A program made the position numbers and the translations under genes. The notes beneath the pieces are model-generated. The model was not told the origin of the DNA and searched no databases. It worked only from the letters and a program-made list of their open reading frames with translations. Below are positions 52,798 to 64,000 of a stretch of DNA of 64,000 bases, one piece after another (the stretch's first letter is position 1; each line of letters opens with the position of its first letter). This stretch comes from Eledone cirrhosa (lineage: Eukaryota), in assembly GCA_964016885.1 (NCBI GenBank), contig OZ024747.1, forward strand, positions 7,502,001 to 7,566,000. The letters are read 5' to 3'.

Positions 52798-52883
52798 TTG
52801 GAATTCTGCCTGAAGACCACCACGAAACACCCATGGTTCCTGATCTCCACTTGTGAAAGCTTCTTTATAGCCACTAGTGCACC
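52798..52883 (-). CDS. OGA: O-GlcNAcase exon (stalk domain)
   Basis: CTSGYKEAFTSGDQEPWVFRGGLQAEFQ vs human GDQEPWAFRGGLAGEFQ; CTAAT branch point, TGTAG / GTATGT. Confidence 0.95.
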
Positions 52884-53194
52884 CTACATGTCCATTGAGA
52901 AAAAGAAAGAATAAGATTAGATCAGCCATACATCAGCAACCAGAAAGAGGGAGAGAAATTTGAGGTGAAGTTAAACGAGAAAAAAAGTTACCAAAAATAG
53001 GGGGAGAATTTTTTCACAAAATAATCTTTTTAAAATAGTATTCTTATCATAAAGTAACAACTTTAAAAATAATAGAACTCAACTATAAAAGTTAGTTTCA
53101 CTTAAGGACTCTGATCCTTACTAAACCATATCTTCTGACTCCAATCCGCAAGTATTTTAGTAGAACATATTTTTCAATAGAGGGACCACATCAA

Positions 53195-53650
53195 TCATTT
53201 GTACATTATTCTATGTACTATACATGCACCTTTTATGAGTTGTAGTGCACCTGAGCACTGTACACAATAATTTCAATATTTATTATCATCATATCACTGA
53301 GATTGTAACCTTAAGCAATTACCACATGTGGTCAGTTCTCAAGTGACATGCTTTAACATGTACTGATATGGCCTACTGATATAAAGACTAGATAGACCTT
53401 AAGTAGAGTATGACAAGATGACCACACTAACACACCTGTATACCATGATGAGTGACACACTAGACGGGCCAGACCGGACTACGATATATTAAGGTTCTGA
53501 GATACACATGCATGTGTGTCTGTGTATATTGTGACTCATACACTGTTCACTTCCCTGACATTTGTACATTATTCTATGTACTATACATGTACCTTTGATG
53601 AGTTGTGCACCTGAGCACTGTACACAATAATTTTTGTTATTATTATTATA
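53195..53650 (+). repeat. Pair of about 85-bp direct repeats (probable SINE 3' tails)
   Basis: CATTTGTACATTATTCTATGTACTATACATG...GCACCTGAGCACTGTACACAATAATTT at about 53196 and 53559, each followed by a TTA-rich tail. Confidence 0.65.
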
Positions 53651-56600
53651 GATATGTTGTCTCTGCTCACAGGTTTGGAGGTGCTGTTGACCCAGAATAA
53701 ACATATTCAGTGTGATGGCATTCATAAATATCCAAAGTAGCAAATTTAAAGATGATAAATTAATTTTACAGAACCAACAGCATGAATGTTTACTCAAATA
53801 ATTAAGAGGAAAAAGACAAACTAATTATCTAAAAAAAAAAGTGATTAAACAAACATAAATAATAATAAAAAAAAAAAACAATCTAAACTATGTCACCAAC
53901 ATGTGCTAACACAACTTGTAAATAGTTTAAACTGAGAAGTGACATAAAACTATCACTTTTAGCTAATCTCCGCTAACACTCAATGGTGTTTATGGTTATT
54001 TTTTTTTACAAACAACTGAATCATTGTTTAACAGATTATATAGTTGTGAATACAACTACACCTACACACAGATGGCTGCAGCAGTAGTTGAGTGAATATA
54101 GTACTGATCTACAGTTGTCACTTGTGCTAAGACGTCTCTGACCAAAACAACTATAAATAGGCACCAGAGACATGTACAGCTCATCTAACTGTAAATTAGT
54201 TCCATAGAGGCATTGTTTACTAGCTGTAAGTAGAGTCCATCTAACAGGAAACCTAAGTTGAGCTACAGCTCAATACACTGGAATTTTACTAGTTTGCAGT
54301 GCTGAGCCCAATATTCCTGTGAATGATTTTTGGAGAAGAATGAGCTTTTCTATACTGTTTTTTTTTTTTTAAAAAGACACTGCATAAAAACAAGGAGTCA
54401 CAACCACCCAGTGTGTTAAAGGACTCACAATGGGGAAAACTATTTCACCACCTTTTTCTTATCAGCTCAAACAACCCAACCCCCAAAAAACTCAAATAAC
54501 ATTTTTGGGGGTTTCTTTTCCCATTCTGTTTGATTAAAGAGCATGGCAGACAGAAAATAAACAAAAAAATAATAATAATTAACCTCTTTCTTAACTCTAA
54601 CTCCTTGAAAATAAATTTTTTAAAAATAAACAAATAAAACCTTGACAGCAACATCAATATCAACAACAATTAGAGAAAACAAATGCATTCCAAATTATAT
54701 TTTTCGTCTAGTCAGATCAGAAAAAAGAATTAAATTGTTAATTTATTTCATTATATTACTACTTGCATAAATTATGTTGTTGCTTTAATTAATTTTAAAT
54801 ATTAAAACCTAAATTCAAAAGAGAAAAAAATAACATGGTAATAAAATCACAAAAACAAAGGCAATACATTTAATAATGATGATAGCAATTATTAACGAGA
54901 ACATTTGTTAAAAAACTGACATAGGGAGTAGGTTAATTCACTTATGTATGAGTATACCAAGAATAGAGGAGTTTAAGATAATTATATTTGCCTAAGTAGA
55001 ATAAACACATTAGTCTTAGTGTAGTGTTACAACCTATATCAGTGAGTCTAAGATGTTCTGATGAAGGGTGAGTTAGGTTAAATTAATGGATGGAAGAAAG
55101 AGAAAAGGACTGGATCAAATGAATAATTTTCTGTTGCTTTTCTCTCTGCATAGTCTTTAAACTTTTCACAACGCCAAGCAAAAACAGACAAAACTGAAAA
55201 CATAATGGGCAACTAGTTTTGCTTGAAGGTGACCATAGCAGAGGCTTCAAGTATCACACTTCAATAGCAAGTATGTTGTGCTAAGATTAAGTTACCCAGA
55301 TTGCCATAATCTTAATGCAGAAAAGTCACTCTTCTCAAAACAAGACCAAGACCAAGATTCACTGTAGGCAACTGGATGGATTAGTATTTTGTTACCAGTT
55401 TCTGGAATGACTGAGATGCAAATAACATTGTGAAAAGTTTGAAGATAACCACCTAAACACTAATCTCAAAAGGCTAAACTAAATTCTTTTAAGAGTGATA
55501 TTTAGACAACCTACTTCACTCACAAACTTCTGAAAAGAAACCTTCAACACAAACTACCTTAAAACACAGCAAATTTTACAAAAGAGATAACATAAGATAA
55601 CCTGAAAACAGATTTTATAATAGTTCTACAGTTACTGACTAATATGCTGATACAAATTCCAATAGAGAACAGTCAAATACCTAGCATGTATACTTGACTT
55701 GAAATAACTCATCAATGACTTAGCTCTCATGTTTTATTCTCAAGGTAGCACATGAATACACACACACATGTAGAAGAGCCTAGACAAAGATAGACAGATA
55801 TATATATATATATAGCCAAGTAGATGGCTTCGTACTAAACACAACTTTCAGTATAAAAGAAATTCAAAAAGTTCCATTTGTATTTTGTTTTAAATCTTCC
55901 ATCCTTTAAACAAAAATGTATAGGGGACAAGAAATTTGCAAAAGACAAATAAATGTGACTGAGTTACACTGAAGTATTTTTTGTAAGATTAAGAAAAGCA
56001 GAAACACGTGTGAATCAAGCCTAGCTCACAGATTTTGTTTACCAGGAGCTTATTTCTTAGTAACCACCCAAAGTTAACAATACTTTCTGCTAACCCCTTG
56101 TATCAGTGAGAGAAAAAAAAAATTGAAAAATTCATACACACATATACACACACAGCAGTAAATAATTTGAAGATGACAGTATGATACATAACAGTATGGT
56201 GTTATGTTGGCAAAGATATTCTAATAATAATATAATTTATTAAATGATTAATTTATGTTGACAAGTAGGTCAGTACATGTGTCAAAACTGTTTGATAGTT
56301 GTATAAATTAAATACAGCAAAATATTTTCTTTCTTAAATAATAAAATAAAAATGTCAAAAAAAGAACCATGTTGCCTAAACAGCCCAAACTAGTATCGGA
56401 AATAGATAGTTTTATTTTCTAAACTGTAGATATCTAAAGACCATATACATGTGTGTGTGAATGTATATATGTGAGTGTGTGTATATATATATATATATTG
56501 TTTAAAATAAATTCAATCGTGCAGTTTATCTTCCAGTGGCACAAATAATACATTTCTGCACTCAAGGAAAGATAGTTTTGTCAATAAGATTCACTGGCAT

Positions 56601-59402
56601 TATTCATCTATCAATTCCATGATTAGACATGAAGTAAACTTTCTGAACTTCAATTCATGGACATTAAGTTAATAATTTGTTTGCTTTGAACAATTAATTA
56701 GAAGATCATAAAGAATGTTATAAAATGAGGACTTTCCATTTCATGTGTATGTATCTGTGCATGCATGGATGCATGTATATACATACACATTCATGTATTA
56801 AAAATGTAATCAGAAATATTCTATTAGACCAGTTAAAGCTAGAATATGCAACACTGGTCCAATCTTTGAGCAAAAAGAAAGAAAATTTAAAATAAAAAAA
56901 AAATTTTCAGGAGACAAAATTGCATCCTAAACTGCACCACAAGTGCAGCATGGTTGCAATTTCATAGCATCATAAAAGCCTCAACATATCAGTGTTTAAG
57001 AGAAAGGCTGGAAAAGCAAGCTGAAGGCAAACAGAGAGATTGGAAACACACTTGATTAACATTTGTTCAAAGTCAAAATATATAGAACAAACCTAAAGAT
57101 ATAGAAGACATTTACAAATTATCTTTAATAATTAATCAAAATTCTTTTTCTATATTTAAGACAAAAAATTTAAAAAAAGATAATGATTTTTGACAACACA
57201 GGAGGTCTAGAAATCGTTTTAAATTGTACATTTTTCTTATAACAAAATCACGAGGATCAAACAAAATGTAAAAGGAAAATAAAATTGTAATATATATATA
57301 TATATTACACACAAACATACAAAGAAAGACAAATGGGGAGGGCAATATATTGAAAGAGGTTCACAGCTTGTCAATATGATTCACATGTCTCCAATATGAA
57401 TGTTTGACCCAGCTTGCTTTTCCAGTTAAATTTGTTTAATAAACAGACTTGTCCATCATCATCATCATCGTCTTCATCATGAAATTAATTGCAGGGAGGA
57501 GAAAAAAAAACAAAAACATTAGATATACGTGTGTGTGTGTATGTATATATATATATATATGTGTATATACATATATATACATATATACACACATATATAT
57601 ACATATACACACACAGATATATACATATACACACATATATATGTATAATGTATATATGTATATATGTGCATGTGTGTATATATATATATATCAACTATGA
57701 AAGAGTTGTGACACAATGTGAAACTGTCCTGAAACACTGTCAACTTAAATAAAGGAAAAATTCAGTTCTTCACACTAAACATAGATATACACTGAAAATG
57801 TATACGAGATATATGAATCAAGGAGTAGGGACATTAAGATCATATAGCACTGTATGGGAAATATTTTCTTTTCCATATATGGAAAAATGTATTTTGGAAA
57901 TAACCCAAGACAGAAAAATACCTCATTGTGATTATGAAAGTAATAACCCATAGCTGTTAGAAACCCAATTCATTAAGTCACTTGTAATTAAAATTTATCA
58001 TATAAATTACTTAGAATCAGTTGTACTTATTCATATTTTCAAAAACAATAATATGATGGAGAAGGCAGAAACACTGAAGTGGTGGACTAAATACTTTTTA
58101 GTACTCGGTCATGTTCTGTCTTCCATCTATGTTCAAATTCTGCCAGGGTCTAACTTTGCTTTTCATCTCTTCTGAGTTCCATAAAAGGTACTGCAGCTGA
58201 TTCAATTGACTAACCCCAGATAATTTGTAACTTAGTGCCAAAGTAAGAAATACCTCTTACTTTAAAATGTGCCATTTGTTTTTGTTGATGTATAACCTTA
58301 GGTCAGCAACTGTGACTGAGCAGGTCCATGACACAGTTGGCAAGGTGTAATTCTGCCAGTGTGTAAAGTGACTGCTTCACCAATGTTTCACTATGTTAAA
58401 TTAATTCCTTATGCACAGATATGTCAACAGATGTTTTACTTGATTACAAGGACAATCTGCCAATAAAAACAAATCTGGTGTTATAATGGAATTTTGTATT
58501 GTAAAAAAACTTCAAGAAATTTTAAAAGGAGGTAAATTACACCAATAGTAAAAATCTATCAACACTAGAAGGATGCCTCTAGTGTCTAGATTATAGATTT
58601 GTACTCAAGTAATGATATTCTAGTCTGAAGATTTGGACCTGGTAGTATTGAAATAAGTTCATAGCATTATCTATCTGAAATAAGTTCATAGGATTAAGCA
58701 GATAGAGAAATTATCCTTAAGATAGGACACCAGTCAATTACAGACAATTTTTATTTCTAAAAAAATCTGATATCTACTCCCAGTTGAACTAAGTCACAAT
58801 CAAGACCTATAAGTTAAAAATTCACTTCAATATCCATTCATCAAAATCACTATGTTCTGATGAATTTCAGTCTTGGATTAAATGTAAAGATTCAGAAAAT
58901 TTACAGATGGCTGAGTGGATCAACAAAGCATGACCGTTGACCACAAAAAAGAACAAGTCTGAGTAATCAGTGTGTGTGTGTGTGGACACGCATATTTGAT
59001 GTAGGTCAGGGTATATGCTTATGGCATAACTTGTATGAAAACCAACAAAGTAGATAAAAAAAATTTTCACTGAAATATTTTTGCATCCCTAACAAGGTTG
59101 TCAGGACTGTCAAAGATTTTACTGAAAATATTTAGCCAGGAATAAGACAATATTTCTGTTTATAATTTTTTTCTGTCATCTTCAAAAGAAAAAAAAATTA
59201 CCTCCTATTTCTGTGAATTACAAACATCATTTAAACTACTATGTCAGCTTTTCTAACACTTTCCAGCATCAGCAGAGGAAAATGTGACTGACTGGTAAGA
59301 GAGTGTGATTGACACCTTCAACATTTACAAATTTCAAAACATTACACACATACACAGACACACAGAAAAAAACAAAACGAAAAAGTTTACATAAGTTCAT
59401 AC

Positions 59403-59456
59403 ATGTTAAGGTCCCCTGTTGATGCATAACCGACAAATAAGGAACATGGCCCAAAC
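59403..59456 (-). CDS. OGA: O-GlcNAcase small symmetric exon (54 nt, phase 1-1)
   Basis: CTAAC branch point, long pyrimidine tract, TTTCAG acceptor, GTATGA donor; adds (S)LGHVPYLSVMHQQGTLT(W) in frame between WL and CTSGYKEAF. Confidence 0.72.
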
Positions 59457-59604
59457 CTGAAACAGAAAGAAAATACAGCAGTTAGGAGGGTAGTAGAAAA
59501 TCAAAACTGAAAAACCACATCCAACAAATTATCAAAACTGTTCTAGGAGAGGGGGTTCATTGAGGAGTAATAATAACTAATATATACAAAACAGAAGTAC
59601 TCAC

Positions 59605-59779
59605 TGAGCCAACGAATGTATGCTTTGCATAGTATGAAGATACTTTTCAAGTCCCAGACATAGGGGTAGAGTTCATAAGCAATGGCCCGGTTGGGGATCT
59701 TGAAGAACTTGTCAAATATAGTGAAGATCTTGTCAATAACTTCACAGAATGCCTTTGCCTTTTCGTGCCATTGCTCAGC
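59605..59779 (-). CDS. OGA: O-GlcNAcase exon (stalk domain)
   Basis: AEQWHEKAKAF...IPNRAIAYELYPYVWDLKSIFILCKAYIRWL; TAAG / GTGAGT. Confidence 0.95.
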
Positions 59780-60173
59780 CTTATAACACAATAAGAAATA
59801 ACAGACTAAATAATAAGATTCTTAGTATATACTGGCTATGTACACATACATGATTACACATTTGATAAATATATATATACACACACACACAAATGTACCC
59901 ATATACACACACACATAGCCAACAGCACACATATGCTTATACACACAATCAATAGTAAATATACATGCTGACAGCCAACACAAATATAGTCAACAGAATG
60001 ACAAATAGCCGTTTCCCACTCTAACAACTTACACTACTTTGTACTTTTATAATCACTCATACATATTTCACAGAAAATTTACATTTATGTACAGACATAC
60101 ACATTGCAACTACATACTTCAATCACATACATGCATACACACGCTTACACACAGAGTAAAAAGTAACACTCAC

Positions 60174-61186
60174 CTCAGGTTTTAGCCCATTCTTTGCCCT
60201 ACTCTCAGCCACCAAGTTAGCATTGCTACGTAACCAGTGCATCTCCTGCAGCAGCTGCAGACCACATTCACCATGTTCAAATGGCATATAGAACAGCTCA
60301 ACAAACTGGCGCAAGTCATCACAAGAGAGGACCTCCACATTGTCTGCAGAGTCAAACGACCCATTTGACGAACTTGTTGTACAGCTGACAGTACCACTGC
60401 CATTGTTGTGACTACCATTATTATTATTACTACCGCAATTGCTGTTGCTTGTTGTAGCGATAGTGCTGGTCGTGGTTGTGGTGCAACCAACTGCATTGTC
60501 AACCTGCATCACATTGTCGGACGGCGAACTGCTCGCCGATTTCAAGCCCTCATCCGATGTGGTTGTGGTAGTGATGGTAGTGGTGGAAAGTGTGGAGGGT
60601 GGGGAGAGTGGAGGAGGGGGTGTGGTGGAAGTAGGAGGAGAGGTGACAGTGGCAGAGGCAGCAACGCCAGTGCTGGCATTGAAGGCGGTAGTGGTGGAGG
60701 TGGTGGTGGCAGCAACAAAGGGGAAACAGTCCATTGGTTCGGTGTCTGGACAGAGAGGATCACCTATCACCTCAGCATCAATTCCCACTGAATCTGGCTC
60801 TACCAAGCTGTTGATCGGAGCCATCACTGGCTGCATGTATGATGCTGCTGCCGAATTATCAACAACTTCACTGTTAGGGAACACTCCGCCAACCATGCCT
60901 ACTGGCATCGCAGACACCATACTACCCGTAGGTAGGGTCATTGTTGGCGATGTCAACGTGGCGCAAGTGTTCACAGATGGGATTAGCGGCACAACCGGCT
61001 TTGGAAACATTAGCCTCACTGAGTGACGGCTGCATGCCAGCTCTTTAATCCACTCATTGATGGCTACCTTCAGCGCGGCCCTTGGTTGGTAGCGTGTGTC
61101 AAACTTAGCAGGGATGTCCTCATCAGATGTGAAGTCAATTTCAGTTTCCAGTTTGATGTCGGAGGCAATTGGACTCAAGCGGTCAC
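60174..61186 (-). CDS. OGA: O-GlcNAcase large exon (stalk helix 1, disordered linker, stalk)
   Basis: DRLSPIASDIKLE...YQPRAALKVAINEW...EPMD...DLRQFVELFYMPFEHG...LLQEMHWLRSN...KPE; TATAG / GTGAGT; 1013 nt fits phases 1 and 0. Confidence 0.93.
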
Positions 61187-61888
61187 CTATACAACACAAA
61201 TATATGCATTACATTAATTAGAAAACAGATGTGAGAAAAACAACAAAACAATTATAGTTATGATGATGATGATGATGATATTTACAACAATGGCTTCTGA
61301 TTTAGGCACAAGGCCATCAATTTGGAGTGGGAAGGACATGTTGACTACATCAACCCCACTGCTTGACTGGTATTTTATTTTATCAACCCTAGAAAGATGA
61401 AATATAAAGTTAACCTCGACGACATTTGAAGTCACAATGCACAGATAATTCTGCCAATCAACCACCTTCAAATTGGTTTCTAATTTAGACGCAAAGCCAA
61501 TATAATCGACCCCAGTACTTAGTTGGTACTTTATTTTATTAACTCCAGAAATATGAAAAGCAAAGTTGACCAAATTTGAACTCAGAACATAGAGAGCGGT
61601 AGTGGTAGTAGAGTTGGTGCTGCTCCCGATGATGACAATGACAATCATGACATACTGTCAATTATATCAATACCAGTAATTGACTGGTACTTATTTTATT
61701 GACCCTAAATAGGATAAAAGCAGATTGGACCCTGGCAGGATTTGAACTCCACTGATACCCTACTAATTAAAAAGGTAACAATAACACATGCTACTAATAC
61801 TACTGCAAGTGATTGACCCTTTGGTCTCACTTATACAATTTATTTGTAGTCATGACAACAAGGACAGTGCCAAGGATATGGAACTTAC

Positions 61889-62173
61889 CTGCAATGATAT
61901 CCTTCTTAACACCATTGACATTTGACTTGCACCACTGAGCAAGGGTGTGCAGTGGGATAAAATTGGCCTCAAATTCACAGTTTGGGTTTGTTAGAACCCC
62001 TTTGACGTATGGAATAATTTCTGGAGAGCGTCCATCGTAAGGCCCCAGAAAGACCCTCCTTGGGTCATAGTCATTTGCATGAATGTTGTCCCAGATCACA
62101 GGTTGACGTTGTAAGATTTTTGACACCTCTGCTAAAGTTTGTATAGTGATTTTCTTGCTCACAACTTTGTTAC
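61889..62173 (-). CDS. OGA: O-GlcNAcase exon (GH84 catalytic domain)
   Basis: NKVVSKKIT...[26 protein letters not shown]...[20 protein letters not shown]; TGCAG / GTAAGT. Confidence 0.97.
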
Positions 62174-63076
62174 CTGCAAATGATAATAATAATAATTTCT
62201 AATGTAAGCTGGGGCAGGACATATTTTTACACAAAAAATAACAGCACAAGAGATTTGTATCATTGTACTGATATCAAAAATAAATGAAGGATATATATCA
62301 GAGTTAAAAACAATATCATTAAAATAATTTATTATATTAGTAATAAGCAAGACTCTGGAAATCTGTGTTTTATATTAATTTTTCTTGCAAAAATATACTA
62401 GGTCTTATTTTGGGAATGGGACTTATATTGGACAGCAATATAAAAACCATGCTAGGGCTTATTTTTGGAGTAGGTCTTATAATAGAGAAAATACAGTAGA
62501 TGTTTTGTAGTCTCTGTTAAAGCAGGAGGAGATCTTAAACAATATGAGGCAGTGGATTTGAATACAATGACTTGTGGTCTGCAAGTGGAATACCTAACCA
62601 ACTTGGCTATTCCAACCACTTCTAACCTATTTAGCCATTCCAACCACTATACTCAAGACATGTGATTCATGAACATTGGTATGGTTTTTACATCCAATTT
62701 ATACCATGCTAGCATGGGCTGGACAATACTTTTTAGAGACAGTATTCTATGACTTAATGCCATTCCCAATGGTAAGTATAATTTTTGTTAAAGTTTTAAG
62801 TAAAGTACTGATCACCAGACATTGAAATGCTGAACAACAGCACTTTTGTTTATACAGAATATAAACATCCGATAGTAGCTTCAAATGTGAAGCAAAGAAA
62901 TATTAATACATTATATATATAATGGGCTTCTTACAGTTTCTGTCTACCAATTTCACTCACAAAACATTGGTTGTCCAGAGGCTATAATAGAGAACAAGCC
63001 CAAGTTTCCACATAGTTCTTAATCAAACAGCCACACCAGCATATATAATCTAGATTATAGATTTCAGCTGACTTAC

Positions 63077-63175
63077 CTGTCCACATGACATCTACATCAG
63101 GTAACAATTTGGCTCCGATAGTACTCAAGTATTCTGAGTTTGATACTGCAGGCATAGCACGTGCTGAACAATACT
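63077..63175 (-). CDS. OGA: O-GlcNAcase exon (GH84 catalytic domain)
   Basis: (E)YCSARAMPAVSNSEYLSTIGAKLLPDVDVMWT(G); TCTAG / GTAAGT. Confidence 0.95.
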
Positions 63176-63251
63176 CTAGAAGGTAAACAAAAGAATATAT
63201 ATTTTTAAAAGGGTTAATTTATAATATGTGGATGTATATATGTATTTATAA

Positions 63252-63324
<73 letters not shown>

Positions 63325-63614
63325 TATATATATAATGAATATATATGTACGTATGTTCACAATGCTCTAACAAAGTAAAAGTATTCAATAAAGATGAAGA
63401 GAAAGAGAATTATTATATCTACACACACATACACACGCACATATATAAATACACACGCACACACTCAAGAGAGAAGATAGAAATATATAAAAAAACATAC
63501 ATGTACACACACATTCTTACACATATATAAAACAGAAAAAAAATCTTCCCATAATAACATTGGTAAACTAACTTTAAAAATATAAAAAAAATGGAAATAC
63601 TGTATAGTACTGAC

Positions 63615-63783
63615 CTGTTGGACAAAATAAAAACTTTAGCTGTCCCAAATGTTGGTAGGTTTCGTTGGTGACAGATACCTGTGCTGCAGCAATAGACTGG
63701 AATATGTTCTTGTCTGCTTCACATAGTTGGGGATCAATGTCATCAAAGAGTAGTGCAAAAGCTGTACAGCCAAATGTAGCAAC
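63615..63783 (-). CDS. OGA: O-GlcNAcase exon with catalytic Asp-Asp pair; upstream exons lie outside the window
   Basis: [56 protein letters not shown]; FALLFDDI is the GH84 catalytic motif; ACTAG / GTCAGT. Confidence 0.97.
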
Positions 63784-64000
63784 CTAGTAAGATGAGAACC
63801 ATGGGAGAGATGAAGGGGGAGGAAACAGAGAAAGAAAGGGAGAGAGTAAGAGCAATGTGAGTATCCAACTCGGAAAATCTATTTCAATATAATTTCACAG
63901 TTTATTCATATAATCTTACTTATACAAGTCATATCAACCTACACCAACTGAAATACATTTTTATACTTAAATGGCTAAATGTTTGAGACTGCTTTTGTAT

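Noticed and set aside
60850-60875. EVVD in the OGA linker as a counterpart of the human SVVD caspase-3 site
   Set aside because: It lies downstream of the PSVN/PSLN anchor whereas the human site lies upstream, so it is not positionally homologous.
63677-63678. Apparent CAG/GTATCT donor inside the first visible OGA exon
   Set aside because: The frame continues as [18 protein letters not shown], matching OGA; the real donor is at 63614-63613.

Overview
AT-rich, microsatellite-dense eukaryotic genomic DNA. The SINE families and intron style suggest a cephalopod mollusc, probably octopus (inference). The right third holds the 3' eleven coding exons of a minus-strand O-GlcNAcase (OGA/MGEA5) gene (855 aa recoverable; the N-terminus lies beyond the window). 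At 29.4-29.6 kb is the first coding exon of a HOPX-like homeodomain-only gene. The remainder is transposon-derived: a full-length RTE-type LINE with an open 1031-aa ORF, a Penelope-like GIY-YIG fragment, CRE-, R4-, L1/Tx1- and RTE-type fragments, a dead Tc1/mariner, hAT-type MITEs and many tRNA-SINEs. The most striking unannotated signal is a cluster of type I hammerhead ribozymes from several families: five well-formed motifs (two of them mirror copies of two others) and five degenerate ones, with compensatory stem changes between copies. They sit in terminally redundant or fold-back units inserted into (TA)n tracts, resembling Penelope pLTRs or retrozymes. OGA introns also show candidate splicing-control features: a 54-nt symmetric exon, an sOGA-like read-through, a candidate poison exon and a long-range duplex bracketing one exon. 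Most short ORFs in the supplied track are microsatellite artefacts.
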